Origin: Porphyridium purpureum
Taxonomy: Eukaryota
NCBI GenBank assembly: GCA_008690995.1
Contig: VRMN01000001.1
Location: 310,001-374,000 of the forward strand
Length of the DNA stretch: 64,000 nucleotides
Direction: 5' to 3'
Shown: piece after piece, positions 32,992 through 42,635 of the stretch
Layout: each line of letters starts with the position of its first letter
Position numbering within the stretch: the stretch's first letter is position 1
Program-made: the position numbers and the translations under genes
The notes under the pieces: generated by a model
The model's input: only the letters and a program-made list of their open reading frames with translations
The model's database searches: none
Told to the model about the DNA's origin: nothing

Positions 32992-33900
32992 ATGGCCGCA
33001 AGCGGAAGAAATACGGCACCAGGGCTCTCCGGTTTCGAGAAAGGGTAGATTGACACTCTGCGCCGGCGAAACGTGGCACCCCTAGCCACTGGAATAAGTC
33101 TTTATCCGCACACAGACAAGACTCGACCATCGTACAAGGCTGTAACCTGATTTCTGAAGAACAGATGCAAAAAAGAGATTTCAAGAAGCTCGGACCAGCA
33201 CCAAAAATTTCCCTGAAACTGGTGCGTCGACTGATTTGGCACAATGATTACGATTAATTTAATGTCTGCACAGGCAGCGACAGAGCTGCAGCTTGCGTGC
33301 AGTGCCAGGATGGTTCGTCGTATGCTACAGAAGTCACCTCAAGTTCGTATCATCGCGCGAAGGCGAAAGTTCTTCATTTTGGAAGAGAGCCGAGCCAAGC
33401 GCCTTGCGTTTGCGCGAGCACTAGTCCACAAGCTGCTCTCACTTTGAAAGAATGTCTTTTTCTCGGACGAAAAGGTCGTTCGGCTCGACGGGCTGCACGT
33501 GTACAAAAAGACTTACTTGCGCACGCGAGGCCCCGAGCCCACGCCAACCACGCGTCGACATAGCGGCAGAGGATCAGCGATGTTTCGGAGCACCATGTCG
33601 TGGCAAGGACTTAGTTCGTTGCATAGTGTTCAAGATTCACTACCTGTTGAGCCATATCGGCAGGTCATGCTGAATGTCATAATGCCTTGTGCAATTGAGC
33701 CGCCTTGGCGCCTTGACCAGTCGGACTGTTCATTCGTAATTCACCAAGGCCATGCACATGGCCAGGCAGTGCGGAGCACGCGCGAGCTGTTTGATACGGA
33801 CGGAATAGCACTACTTGACTGGCCAGCGCGGTAGCCGGACATAAACCCAATTGAAAACCCGTAGGCGATCGTGTCTCACCGCGGGCATTGGCAAGCACAC
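32992..33900 (+). pseudogene. Degenerate Tc1-like transposase D (relative of B)
   Basis: LSGFEKG*ID vs LSEHEKGQID in B; LACSARMVRR, FFSDEK, WPAR*PDINPIEN. Several stops and frameshifts. Confidence 0.8.
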
Positions 33901-34502
33901 CGGGTTTTTCGCGTAGATGACATGTTCCCGGTTGTCTAAGCCCGCAGGTGAGAGGAAGCGCCAAATTGTGATGAGACCCTTACTGACTGCATGCCATGTC
34001 ATCTGCAAGCTTGCATCGACGCCGATAGCCGTCAAACGAAGTACTAGCTTCCTTGCTACTCTTAAATTTCTTCGCATCAAATTACTTATCCTCACCACCC
34101 TGTTTATTGTTTTCCTTTTTCATCGACCATTCTCACAACCGTCTTGTTGCTCAACAATACCGTTGTGCGCCCCGACCTCTTTTTCGTGCCGCGGATGCTA
34201 TTCGTGCGATCAAACAAGGCGAGAACCTGGTCAAAAAGTTTGAGTTTTTCACCACTACCCTGGATCTTTTCATTTAGGACAACGAACTTGGACTGGACTG
34301 GACTTGCTAGACTGAACTTGTGCGAGACGCAGTTGCTCAAAAAGTAAGCAGCACCACGTGGAAAAGCGCAGTCGCGTGAATTGGTGGTCCATTGCTTATG
34401 CTACATTGTGACTGGGGGTATATTGTATCCCGATAATTTCTGGTTATACACATACTGTGAGGGTTTACTCTGCGTCTCAGTAAAGATGACATCGTTATGG
34501 TT

Positions 34503-37163
34503 TTAGTGATAGATCAAGCCGTGTCGCTTTCGGTTCTTGCGGCTGGAGCGATTGGAGGAGGAGGAGGAGGCGTTTCGGTTGAGCATGTCAGGAGGATACC
34601 CGTAACTGGGCAATGAGCCAGAGTTAAATGCTCTGAGGAGATGCTGGTCGTCGTCGTCGTTGTCATCCCAGGATGCCATGTACAGCGGCCCGGGAACGGA
34701 CGATAGCGACGCTGCCGCACGCGGCGTTGCCGGCGATGGGATTGAGATCGGGTCAGACTGGGCATGCAATGCAGGCGAAGCATGCGCGCTTTTCTTCATG
34801 CCCACGCCCGCCGAGCTGAGCCGCACCAAAGCAGCTGACATGCCGTCACTACTTCGTTTGGGCATGCGCGTGAAGTCGCACCCAATCGTTTTGACGTGCG
34901 TGTTTTCCCACAGATCCACAACGCACGCCTCACTCACTCGGCGGCACCCCCGGAGGTTTAGAAATTCGAGCATCGGGAGCCCGTACCCAAGCGTCCGTAT
35001 CCCCGTATCAGTCAATTCGCAGCAGTTATGTAGGCTTAGCCGCTTCAGGCGCTTCAGCGCGACAAGGCACGCCGCGTCGCAGAGGTTTCGGCAGCCCGAG
35101 AGGTTCAGGTTCTCCAACAAGAGCAAACAGTTCGCAATTGAACGTGCTCCCGATATGGAAATGCCCGCGAGGCCCTTCACATTTAGCAGCTTGAGGCAGC
35201 GGAGTTGGCAGACGAGGGCAACGCCAGCGTCACCCACCGAGGTGAACGCAAGCGAAAGCGCCTTGAGCCGTTTCAGCTGGCACACGGTGCGCATCCCGCT
35301 ATTTGAAACGCCCGCGCATCGCTCGAGGCTCAGTGTCTCCAACGAGTCGGACAGAAGACCCAGCGGAAGCAGCGAGTCATTCAGCAAGGTGGCGCAGTCA
35401 TTGAGCTGCAGCTCGCGCAGTTGGGCGCAATGCTCAGCAATGGCCCGAATGCACATCGCGTCGACCAAGCCACAGCCAGAGATATCCAAAACCTTGAGCT
35501 TCGGGCACACACGTACAATACGTGCTATGCCGCTACCCGTGACGTTTGTGCCCCGGAGATAGAGCTTCTCCAATTTTGCAAAAATGCATGAGGCACGGGA
35601 TTGTGTTGTCTCCTGGTTTGCGCTGCCATCAGCTGGAATGCCGTCCGCATTCGCCCATTCTTCAAAACTGCCGTCGTTCACATTCCGTGCGTCACAAATA
35701 TCTAGTTCAACTAACGAGTTGCGGAGCGAGTCACTATTGAAAATGACCCTGAGCACATCTTCATTGACGGCCGACAGCGTGCGCAATCGAATGGCTTCTA
35801 GTCGCTTTGCGTACCCGAGCGCATCACACAGCGCCTGCGTCCTGAGCTGCCCGCATCGAGTCAGATGAATGCGCAGGATGCCATGTCCCACTCGACTAAA
35901 AAGGTGTACGAGTGCGTCATCTGAAATGCGCGTGTCTGTGAGGCATAGGAATTCGAGATTTTCAAGGTTTGCCAAGTGTCTGAATCCATCGTCATCAATA
36001 CGATGGCATCCGTTTAAATCGAGCGTGCGAAGCGACTGGATGCTCCCAATATGCTGCAGAGCAATACTGTTGAGTTTGACACAGCCGCGCAAACTCAGCT
36101 CACTCAGTGTGCCATTGAGACGGGCCAGAGGTTTCATTGACTCTCCAGACAATCGCGCGCACCCAGAAAGGTCCAGCTTTCTCAAAGCACGCATAGTCGC
36201 GATACACTCAAGTCCCGCACCGGAAAGGCGGTCACATCTTACCAGACTGAGCGAGACCAAGCCCGTTACTTTCTGGGCGATGAATGCGAGCGAAACATTT
36301 GTGACCGTGCACTCGTCTAAAACAAGCTTCTCAAGACGATTAAAGACGGCAATCCGCTCGAGTTGCGCACTGGAAAGCGAGTGGAGCCCTGAGAGATTCA
36401 GCTCGCGCAGAGAAGCACGCAAGCACGTTTCTCCGCAGCGGAAAATGGACACACACATCGGGCAACTCAAGAGATGATGGTCCAGTGGAGCCACGGCCTC
36501 CGAGCTCACCGAGCTACCCTGCGCGACATACACGCTGCACGCCTCTGTATCCAAGGCCGAAAGCAATGGATCCCCGAAACATAGGAGATCGAATCCTTCA
36601 TTTGATATGCCCAGGCATCCAGACAGGTCGAGACTGTGCACTTGCATGGTCGCCAGCACGCCCATCCACGGGTCGGTGACTCGCTCGCTCATTGCACTCA
36701 GTTCCAGAGTCTGCACCTCCATGCCGGCAAAGACAAATAGCAGGGCTGCATTTAGCGCACGCATTTCCAACAGTGCTGTCAGAATGCGCGGTGCTACATC
36801 GACCGGAAGACTATGTAAAGGAATGGGTACGGGTCGATGTGCACCTACTTTGTCCGCGTGCGCTTGGTGGTTCCTATGGTAATGGTCAGTCGTGGCAGTA
36901 GGGCCATACATGTTGAAATCATCCAGGAGGCTCTCCAAAATGGCGCGCTCACATATGGTTGCCAGACTGTCCACTCGGCGATTGATATGTTCTTCGTGTC
37001 CACTAACTGACTCAAGACACTGCGAACCTACCTCTCCCATAACACCAATTGTCGTATCGCCCAAGCCACTCGCCCAGGACGACGTCGACGCATCATTCCG
37101 ATGCCGAGCAAACGCCCACGTGTCAAACTTTCTGGACGCCTCTGAAGCCACGCCACGCGGCAT
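34503..37163 (-). CDS. Leucine-rich-repeat protein (cysteine-containing LRR, FBXL-like)
   Basis: Many LxxLxLxGCxxixDxG repeats. Start codon uncertain. Confidence 0.88.
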   Translation of the reverse strand: MPRGVASEASRKFDTWAFARHRNDASTSSWASGLGDTTIGVMGEVGSQCLESVSGHEEHINRRVDSLATICERAILESLLDDFNMYGPTATTDHYHRNHQAHADKVGAHRPVPIPLHSLPVDVAPRILTALLEMRALNAALLFVFAGMEVQTLELSAMSERVTDPWMGVLATMQVHSLDLSGCLGISNEGFDLLCFGDPLLSALDTEACSVYVAQGSSVSSEAVAPLDHHLLSCPMCVSIFRCGETCLRASLRELNLSGLHSLSSAQLERIAVFNRLEKLVLDECTVTNVSLAFIAQKVTGLVSLSLVRCDRLSGAGLECIATMRALRKLDLSGCARLSGESMKPLARLNGTLSELSLRGCVKLNSIALQHIGSIQSLRTLDLNGCHRIDDDGFRHLANLENLEFLCLTDTRISDDALVHLFSRVGHGILRIHLTRCGQLRTQALCDALGYAKRLEAIRLRTLSAVNEDVLRVIFNSDSLRNSLVELDICDARNVNDGSFEEWANADGIPADGSANQETTQSRASCIFAKLEKLYLRGTNVTGSGIARIVRVCPKLKVLDISGCGLVDAMCIRAIAEHCAQLRELQLNDCATLLNDSLLPLGLLSDSLETLSLERCAGVSNSGMRTVCQLKRLKALSLAFTSVGDAGVALVCQLRCLKLLNVKGLAGISISGARSIANCLLLLENLNLSGCRNLCDAACLVALKRLKRLSLHNCCELTDTGIRTLGYGLPMLEFLNLRGCRRVSEACVVDLWENTHVKTIGCDFTRMPKRSSDGMSAALVRLSSAGVGMKKSAHASPALHAQSDPISIPSPATPRAAASLSSVPGPLYMASWDDNDDDDQHLLRAFNSGSLPSYGYPPDMLNRNASSSSSNRSSRKNRKRHGLIYH

Positions 37164-37868
37164 GGCGGCCACAATGGCACGGAGACGCACGCGCAATTGC
37201 CAAACAATGTAGATGGAAATGAAAAAGGAAATGCGCTAGCTTTCGTTCCGACGGCCGTGCCACCACGGCAGCAGCCAAGGCTCGGTGTGAGCCCCGCAAG
37301 CGTAGTACCACCTTCTACCTCCACCGCACTCGCTCCCCCGAGGTGATTCAGTACGCAGCGCAAAACAGCCCGAGTCGGCGCGCCACGTTCACGTTCATCC
37401 AGTCCACCATCTTTGATCGCGGTCGGCACGTGCGCGTGTTTGGCACCTTGTCGGGTTGTCGTGTCGCTCACAACGCCCGCATCTTCCGAAATTCGCCGCC
37501 AAAAAGAGAGACTCGGCGCGACTGTACTCTGAGTACAGCTGGTTCTATTCAAATAGGCCAGGTTTATTATGAATTTGCAGTGTTCTATCTAATTGGGTGC
37601 ATTTCGTGATTTTGGATCGGTTATGGATGCAACAGTACCTAATTACTGTACTTTGGCGCGGAGTTGGGTGAAACGGCGAGCGTCGAGTTGGGGATGCGTG
37701 CGTGTGTTCGTGTGCGCCTTTGCGTGCGTCGTACGTTGTGCGTCGTGCGGCAGACTCACGCACGCGCACACACAGGTACACACAGGAACTCACATCGACT
37801 CACTCGCAAACGCACACACTCGCTGTCGCGCGGACACACACACACACACACAACGAAATCAAGCACGA

Positions 37869-39320
37869 ATGGCGCCGGTGCAAACGTGTGTTCAGCTGCT
37901 TCGGAATTACTTCGCGCGCGCAGCACCCAGTGAAAACGGCGCCGAGCTGGGCTGCTTGCCGCGCTGTGTGATCGTATCGCGTGCACTGGATGAGTCTCTT
38001 GCGTCAGAGGGTCCCACCGTGCGCGAGCTGATTGAGCGGTTGGTGGTACAAGGAGTGTCGCTGGCGTTGTGTCTCACATGGCAAGGTGGCGAATTGAACA
38101 AACTCCGAAGCGTCTCATTCAGGCAAATCGTCGAGTGCTCTGCAGTGCATGGAGCTGAGGCATTGGAACGCATGCCGGCGGCCGACTTGGCCGTGCCTGT
38201 GCCGGTGTTGCGTGGCGAATCGGATTCCGTCGAGTTTTTGGCTGAACTGTTGCGATTTGATGCGAACAAGCAGATACAGCAGCAGCGGCAGCGCCATATT
38301 GTGGTGAGCGTGAGCAGTCTGGACGGCGATGATTACGTCGCAGCGGACGCCTTAGTGTTTGCACATAAAGCGCTCGAGCTTTTCTCCGCAGTCGAAGAGG
38401 TCATTTCGCGTGAGTCACTGCGGAGACAGACAGGCGCGGCGAATGACTCGGCAACCAAGAATCCTTGGAGTTTTCGAAAGGCTGTGCCCTCAGGTACAGC
38501 CCTTCGGAAGGTAAGAAGCGAGCCGCTCGCGCAGGTCGTTAAGAACGCAGTTTTTGCGTACGCTCGGGAGGATGCGTCTGTCGCGAGTGCCATGCAGTCC
38601 ATGTTGGAAGCGGCATCCGGTGCCGTCATTGTCGTGGATCATGCTTTGCAGGCTGTCGTGGGCATCGCGACGCTCAGCGATATCGTTCTGAAGTGCTTGG
38701 GGAAAAATCGCGATCCGCGAAGTACCTTGGCCATAGATATTGCGACGGCTCCGGTTGTTTCGCTTGAAGCTGACCTGCCCTTAGACCTTGCTATCACTCG
38801 CATGCTCGAGCTTCAGGTCCGCCACATGCCAATCACAGATTCCGCCCAGAGTGAAATTTTGGGCGTGCTGGACCTGAATGATGCTGTTGTTCATTTGCTG
38901 CGCAACGCCGAATCTGCGTTCCAGGCGCTATGTTCCGGTCAAGCCGTGTCCATATTCAAGCTTTCCGAAAAGTTAGGAGCTGAGAGCCGCGACGCTTTCT
39001 CGCCAAGCGTGGCCGCGCCAGAGACCGGGTTTGCGAGCCCGTGCTCCACCGTCTTGAAAATCGAGATTCGACCCTCAAGTTTGGTGAACGGGCACGCACG
39101 AACCCAATTTGCACGCATCAAGGTCGAGGCATCGCAAATGATTTCAATTAAGTGGCTGCGTACTCAACTTGATAAACGCGGGATTGGTTTACATGCAGAT
39201 TATGAAATTCAGTACATTGACGAAGATGATGACTGTGTGTGTCTGTCAGTGGATGAGGACTTGGAATTAATACTTTCCCAGTCCAACGGCGCTACCGTTT
39301 TGAAACTGTTTGTCGGATAA
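37869..39320 (+). CDS. CBS-pair and PB1 domain protein
   Basis: CBS motifs (VVGIATLSDIV, VRHMPI...ILGVLD) and a C-terminal PB1 OPCA motif IQYIDEDDDCVCLSVDEDL. Confidence 0.8.
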   Translation: MAPVQTCVQLLRNYFARAAPSENGAELGCLPRCVIVSRALDESLASEGPTVRELIERLVVQGVSLALCLTWQGGELNKLRSVSFRQIVECSAVHGAEALERMPAADLAVPVPVLRGESDSVEFLAELLRFDANKQIQQQRQRHIVVSVSSLDGDDYVAADALVFAHKALELFSAVEEVISRESLRRQTGAANDSATKNPWSFRKAVPSGTALRKVRSEPLAQVVKNAVFAYAREDASVASAMQSMLEAASGAVIVVDHALQAVVGIATLSDIVLKCLGKNRDPRSTLAIDIATAPVVSLEADLPLDLAITRMLELQVRHMPITDSAQSEILGVLDLNDAVVHLLRNAESAFQALCSGQAVSIFKLSEKLGAESRDAFSPSVAAPETGFASPCSTVLKIEIRPSSLVNGHARTQFARIKVEASQMISIKWLRTQLDKRGIGLHADYEIQYIDEDDDCVCLSVDEDLELILSQSNGATVLKLFVG

Positions 39321-39454
39321 CACAAAGCAAAGTGAAACCCGAAAATGCGCACAAAGTCGCTTTGCAAGTGTGCATTGCCTATCCTTCGCCACCAAAGGCA
39401 TTGCACACGCGGTGCGTCAAAAATGTCGCATTCGACTGTGATGTGTCGATATGG

Positions 39455-41122
39455 TCAGGAATGCTCTTCAACATACTGTCGATCGTATCTCTCTGGGAGC
39501 ATGAAAGCTAGGCTGCCACATATCATGTACAGCACCGCAATGACAACAAACGACCACCAAGGCCGAGCGTGCGCGACCGATGCGCTGAACAATAATCCAC
39601 ACACAAGAGGCCCCGCACAGCGGCCGATTTGTGCAAAGAGCTGAGCAACTCCCTGGGTCAAGCCCTGCACGTCAGTCGGAACAGAGTTACTCAGAATCCC
39701 ACCGAGCACGGGCAAGCCGAGCATAAAACCGATTGAATTTGGCAGCAAAATAGCCATCAGAGTGGCCCACCATCGCGGATTCCCTACAGAAAGCCGCGTC
39801 AACGGAACGTGTCCGAATGCAATTGTGAAGGATCCCAACACGAGCAGAAAGCAGCCTAGCGAGTACACTTTTCTTGCACCCAGGCGCATGGAAAGGTGAG
39901 AAAAGCTCGCAAGCTGGAAAACAAGCCCAAGCAGGCCAAACACGGCAAATGCAAAGCTTGTCAGGCTTGCCCCGAATCCGTAGCCCCCGTGTTCAGCTGC
40001 CAGTGACCATATCAGGACCATAATCAGCAAGTTGGCACCATTTGCAAACGAGTGAAGGGCATTGATGCAAATCAGTCCGACTAGCGGCCATCCTCCGACT
40101 GCTCGCAAGTGACTGCAACGCGAGAGGATTGAAGAGGGTGAAGATCTTCTCGGTTGTTCCGCCGAGTTTTTCACATGCTTGCTGTTTAGGTGCTGAACAG
40201 CGCTCATCTCTTGACCGTCTGTCTCTTTTCTGCACGCTTCGTCGTTTCGGCTCGTCTGAGGCGATGTCTCGGGCAAAAAGACGAGCGCTACGATAAAGCT
40301 TGCGCACTGTAGCAGACTCACAAAAATGCATGGCATGAGATAGTTGTTTGTGCCGAGACTTCCTGGAAGAAACGCGAGCGTGATACCAACTGTCGCCCCG
40401 GCAACGGATGCACTCAGTAGCCTGGACACCCCCCACGTGGCTCCTAGATATCCAAACGCGGATGCCCGGTCATTTGGGCTTGTATTTCGGGTGACATCAG
40501 CCAGGAATGCGCGCGCGACGCTGAAATTTGAGTTGAGCAATCCTGTGATGCCGCGACACAGGGTGGCCTGCCAAAGTTTGGTGCAAAATGCAAACGTAAG
40601 CGTGGTGACAAAAGATGTCAACAATCCAAACAGCAGCACTGGTTTGCGGCCGTATAAATCACTCCAGTGACCAACGTACGGGCTGGCAAAGCCATTTGCA
40701 AACGAGTACGCGGACGAAATGAGCCCCGCGGCAGAGCCGACATTCCGAGGCGAAATACCGAGCGCCTTTTCGCAAAACTCGGGCAGGAACGGAGCAATAA
40801 CCATTAAGACTGCGGCATCGCTTCCGCACACAAAGTACAATGAGTACAGCTTTGACCAGGGCAGTGGCTCAAACAAGGCCGGATCTTGTCGTATCAAAAT
40901 GTCCAACTGCCCACTGCTCTCCTCCGCCACCTCTTCCTGCTGCTGAAGCTCAGACTCATTCTCCGCTAACCTACTACCATGAAAACCCCCATTCAATTTG
41001 GCAGCAGACACGTGAGCGCGTGCCTCACCAGCTTGGGCCGGCGGCGAGCCATCGCTCTCTTTGTCTGGAACTCCGAACGGCAATGGTTCATATCCCGGTG
41101 GCGGCGGTAAAATGCCCGCCAT
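39455..41122 (-). CDS. MFS transporter (ZIF/ZIFL- or tetracycline-exporter-like)
   Basis: MFS motif A GHWSDLYGRKPVL; about 12 hydrophobic segments with a central loop. Confidence 0.88.
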   Translation of the reverse strand: MAGILPPPPGYEPLPFGVPDKESDGSPPAQAGEARAHVSAAKLNGGFHGSRLAENESELQQQEEVAEESSGQLDILIRQDPALFEPLPWSKLYSLYFVCGSDAAVLMVIAPFLPEFCEKALGISPRNVGSAAGLISSAYSFANGFASPYVGHWSDLYGRKPVLLFGLLTSFVTTLTFAFCTKLWQATLCRGITGLLNSNFSVARAFLADVTRNTSPNDRASAFGYLGATWGVSRLLSASVAGATVGITLAFLPGSLGTNNYLMPCIFVSLLQCASFIVALVFLPETSPQTSRNDEACRKETDGQEMSAVQHLNSKHVKNSAEQPRRSSPSSILSRCSHLRAVGGWPLVGLICINALHSFANGANLLIMVLIWSLAAEHGGYGFGASLTSFAFAVFGLLGLVFQLASFSHLSMRLGARKVYSLGCFLLVLGSFTIAFGHVPLTRLSVGNPRWWATLMAILLPNSIGFMLGLPVLGGILSNSVPTDVQGLTQGVAQLFAQIGRCAGPLVCGLLFSASVAHARPWWSFVVIAVLYMICGSLAFMLPERYDRQYVEEHS

Positions 41123-41475
41123 CGACTCGCGTACTCGACGAAATGCGTTCAAGCGCTGCTTGTCGTGTTACTGAGCGCACATCTGTCTCTCCGTGGCGCC
41201 GCTAATTCCCCGCTCGGCATCATCAGCGCTCCAACTCGACGCCGCCAAGCCCTCTGTCACGCACGCATTGTTGTTGCCGACGCATGGCGGCTTCCACCCT
41301 CTGGTTAAACGGTTAATGACTCAAACATGTATAAACCGGTTTGATAAACCGGTTCATGCAGTTTAAAAAAAAACGAATTTAAAAAAACCATTAGCTGAAC
41401 CGATTAAACCGGTATGTTTCGCCAAGCGGTTAGTGTGCGACGCCGCGGGGTTGAAGGTGAGGTGAACAGGCGGCG

Positions 41476-42597
41476 ATGGACTGGGAAGAGTTCCCGTTGT
41501 TTGCTCCCGATGGAGCGGCCGTGGAAGAGTTGGATCTATCAGCGTCCGCGCAGCGCTCGACAGCGTACAGCGCCCTGTCGCACCTGCTGCACGATGATGA
41601 GACACCAGAGGAGCGCGCCGAGTTGTTGCGCGACCAGGGCAATCGATGCTTCAAGTACGGCGACTATCGGACCGCATTGGAGCTCTACTCGCGCGCCGTC
41701 GAGTGCAAGTGCACAGATGATCAGGTAGCGAGTATGAACTTGTCGAACCGCGCGTTCGCACACCTCAAGCTGGGCAACTTTGGACGCGCGATTGAGGATT
41801 GCGAGCGTGCGCGCGCGCTTGACAGCTCCAACTACAAGGCGGCGTTCAGACAGGCATGTGCTGAATTGGAACTCGGCAGGCTTGAGCACGCAACGGAGCA
41901 TGCGCGCATAGCGCTGGAATGGCTGAAGGTGAACCGGCCAGAGTTGGAGAAAGAAATCTCGAGCACGGAACATTTTATCGCGTCTGTGGGTCTGCAACAG
42001 CAAAAGTTGGACAGAATGCGACAAGTCGCAGAGGATAGTAAATCACAGACTTTGCGCGCAGAAGAGGAGCTTCAAAAAATGCTGGAGAGCCGCAGCACTG
42101 TGGTTGGCCATTATCTGTTCGCGCAGCAAAAACAGTGCGAACCAAACGGCCCGCGGGTCGTCGTTGACGACAGCGGCGCCGAACCCAAGCGGTCCCTGTC
42201 GTGGCCCGTGATGATTGTGTATCCTGAAGAGTTTGGTGACGAGGAGTTACGCTGCGATATCATAGCGGACTTTCACGAAGACTCGACACTACTGGATGGC
42301 GTGATGGCCATTTCTGAGAATAATTCAGAATTGGTCCAAAATATCGAATTGATTTATCGAAAAAGGTGGACGCGCTTGAAGGATGGTGCAGCAGCGACCC
42401 CGGCACATGTGGAACGATTCGGTGAGCCCGAACGAGATCCATATTTTGTCGGCAGCCTGCTTGGACCCGACGATGTGGGCGCGTGGGTGTCGCTTCCATT
42501 GAAGACGCGCTTAAGAGTCGCGCTGGGACGCGAAGATTATATCACACCGGGCTTCCCGGTCTTTCATATGGTACCAAAAGGATACCGGCCCAAGTGA
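41476..42597 (+). CDS. TPR co-chaperone, TTC4/Cns1-like
   Basis: PLF N-terminus, TPRs (GNRCFK...YSRA, SNRAFAHLKLGNFGRA), and LSWPVMIVYPE...DIIADF resembling the TTC4 C-terminal domain. Confidence 0.8.
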   Translation: MDWEEFPLFAPDGAAVEELDLSASAQRSTAYSALSHLLHDDETPEERAELLRDQGNRCFKYGDYRTALELYSRAVECKCTDDQVASMNLSNRAFAHLKLGNFGRAIEDCERARALDSSNYKAAFRQACAELELGRLEHATEHARIALEWLKVNRPELEKEISSTEHFIASVGLQQQKLDRMRQVAEDSKSQTLRAEEELQKMLESRSTVVGHYLFAQQKQCEPNGPRVVVDDSGAEPKRSLSWPVMIVYPEEFGDEELRCDIIADFHEDSTLLDGVMAISENNSELVQNIELIYRKRWTRLKDGAAATPAHVERFGEPERDPYFVGSLLGPDDVGAWVSLPLKTRLRVALGREDYITPGFPVFHMVPKGYRPK

Positions 42598-42635
42598 AAC
42601 CGGATGCTGCAGTGAAGACCGGCAAAGAAGACTGC

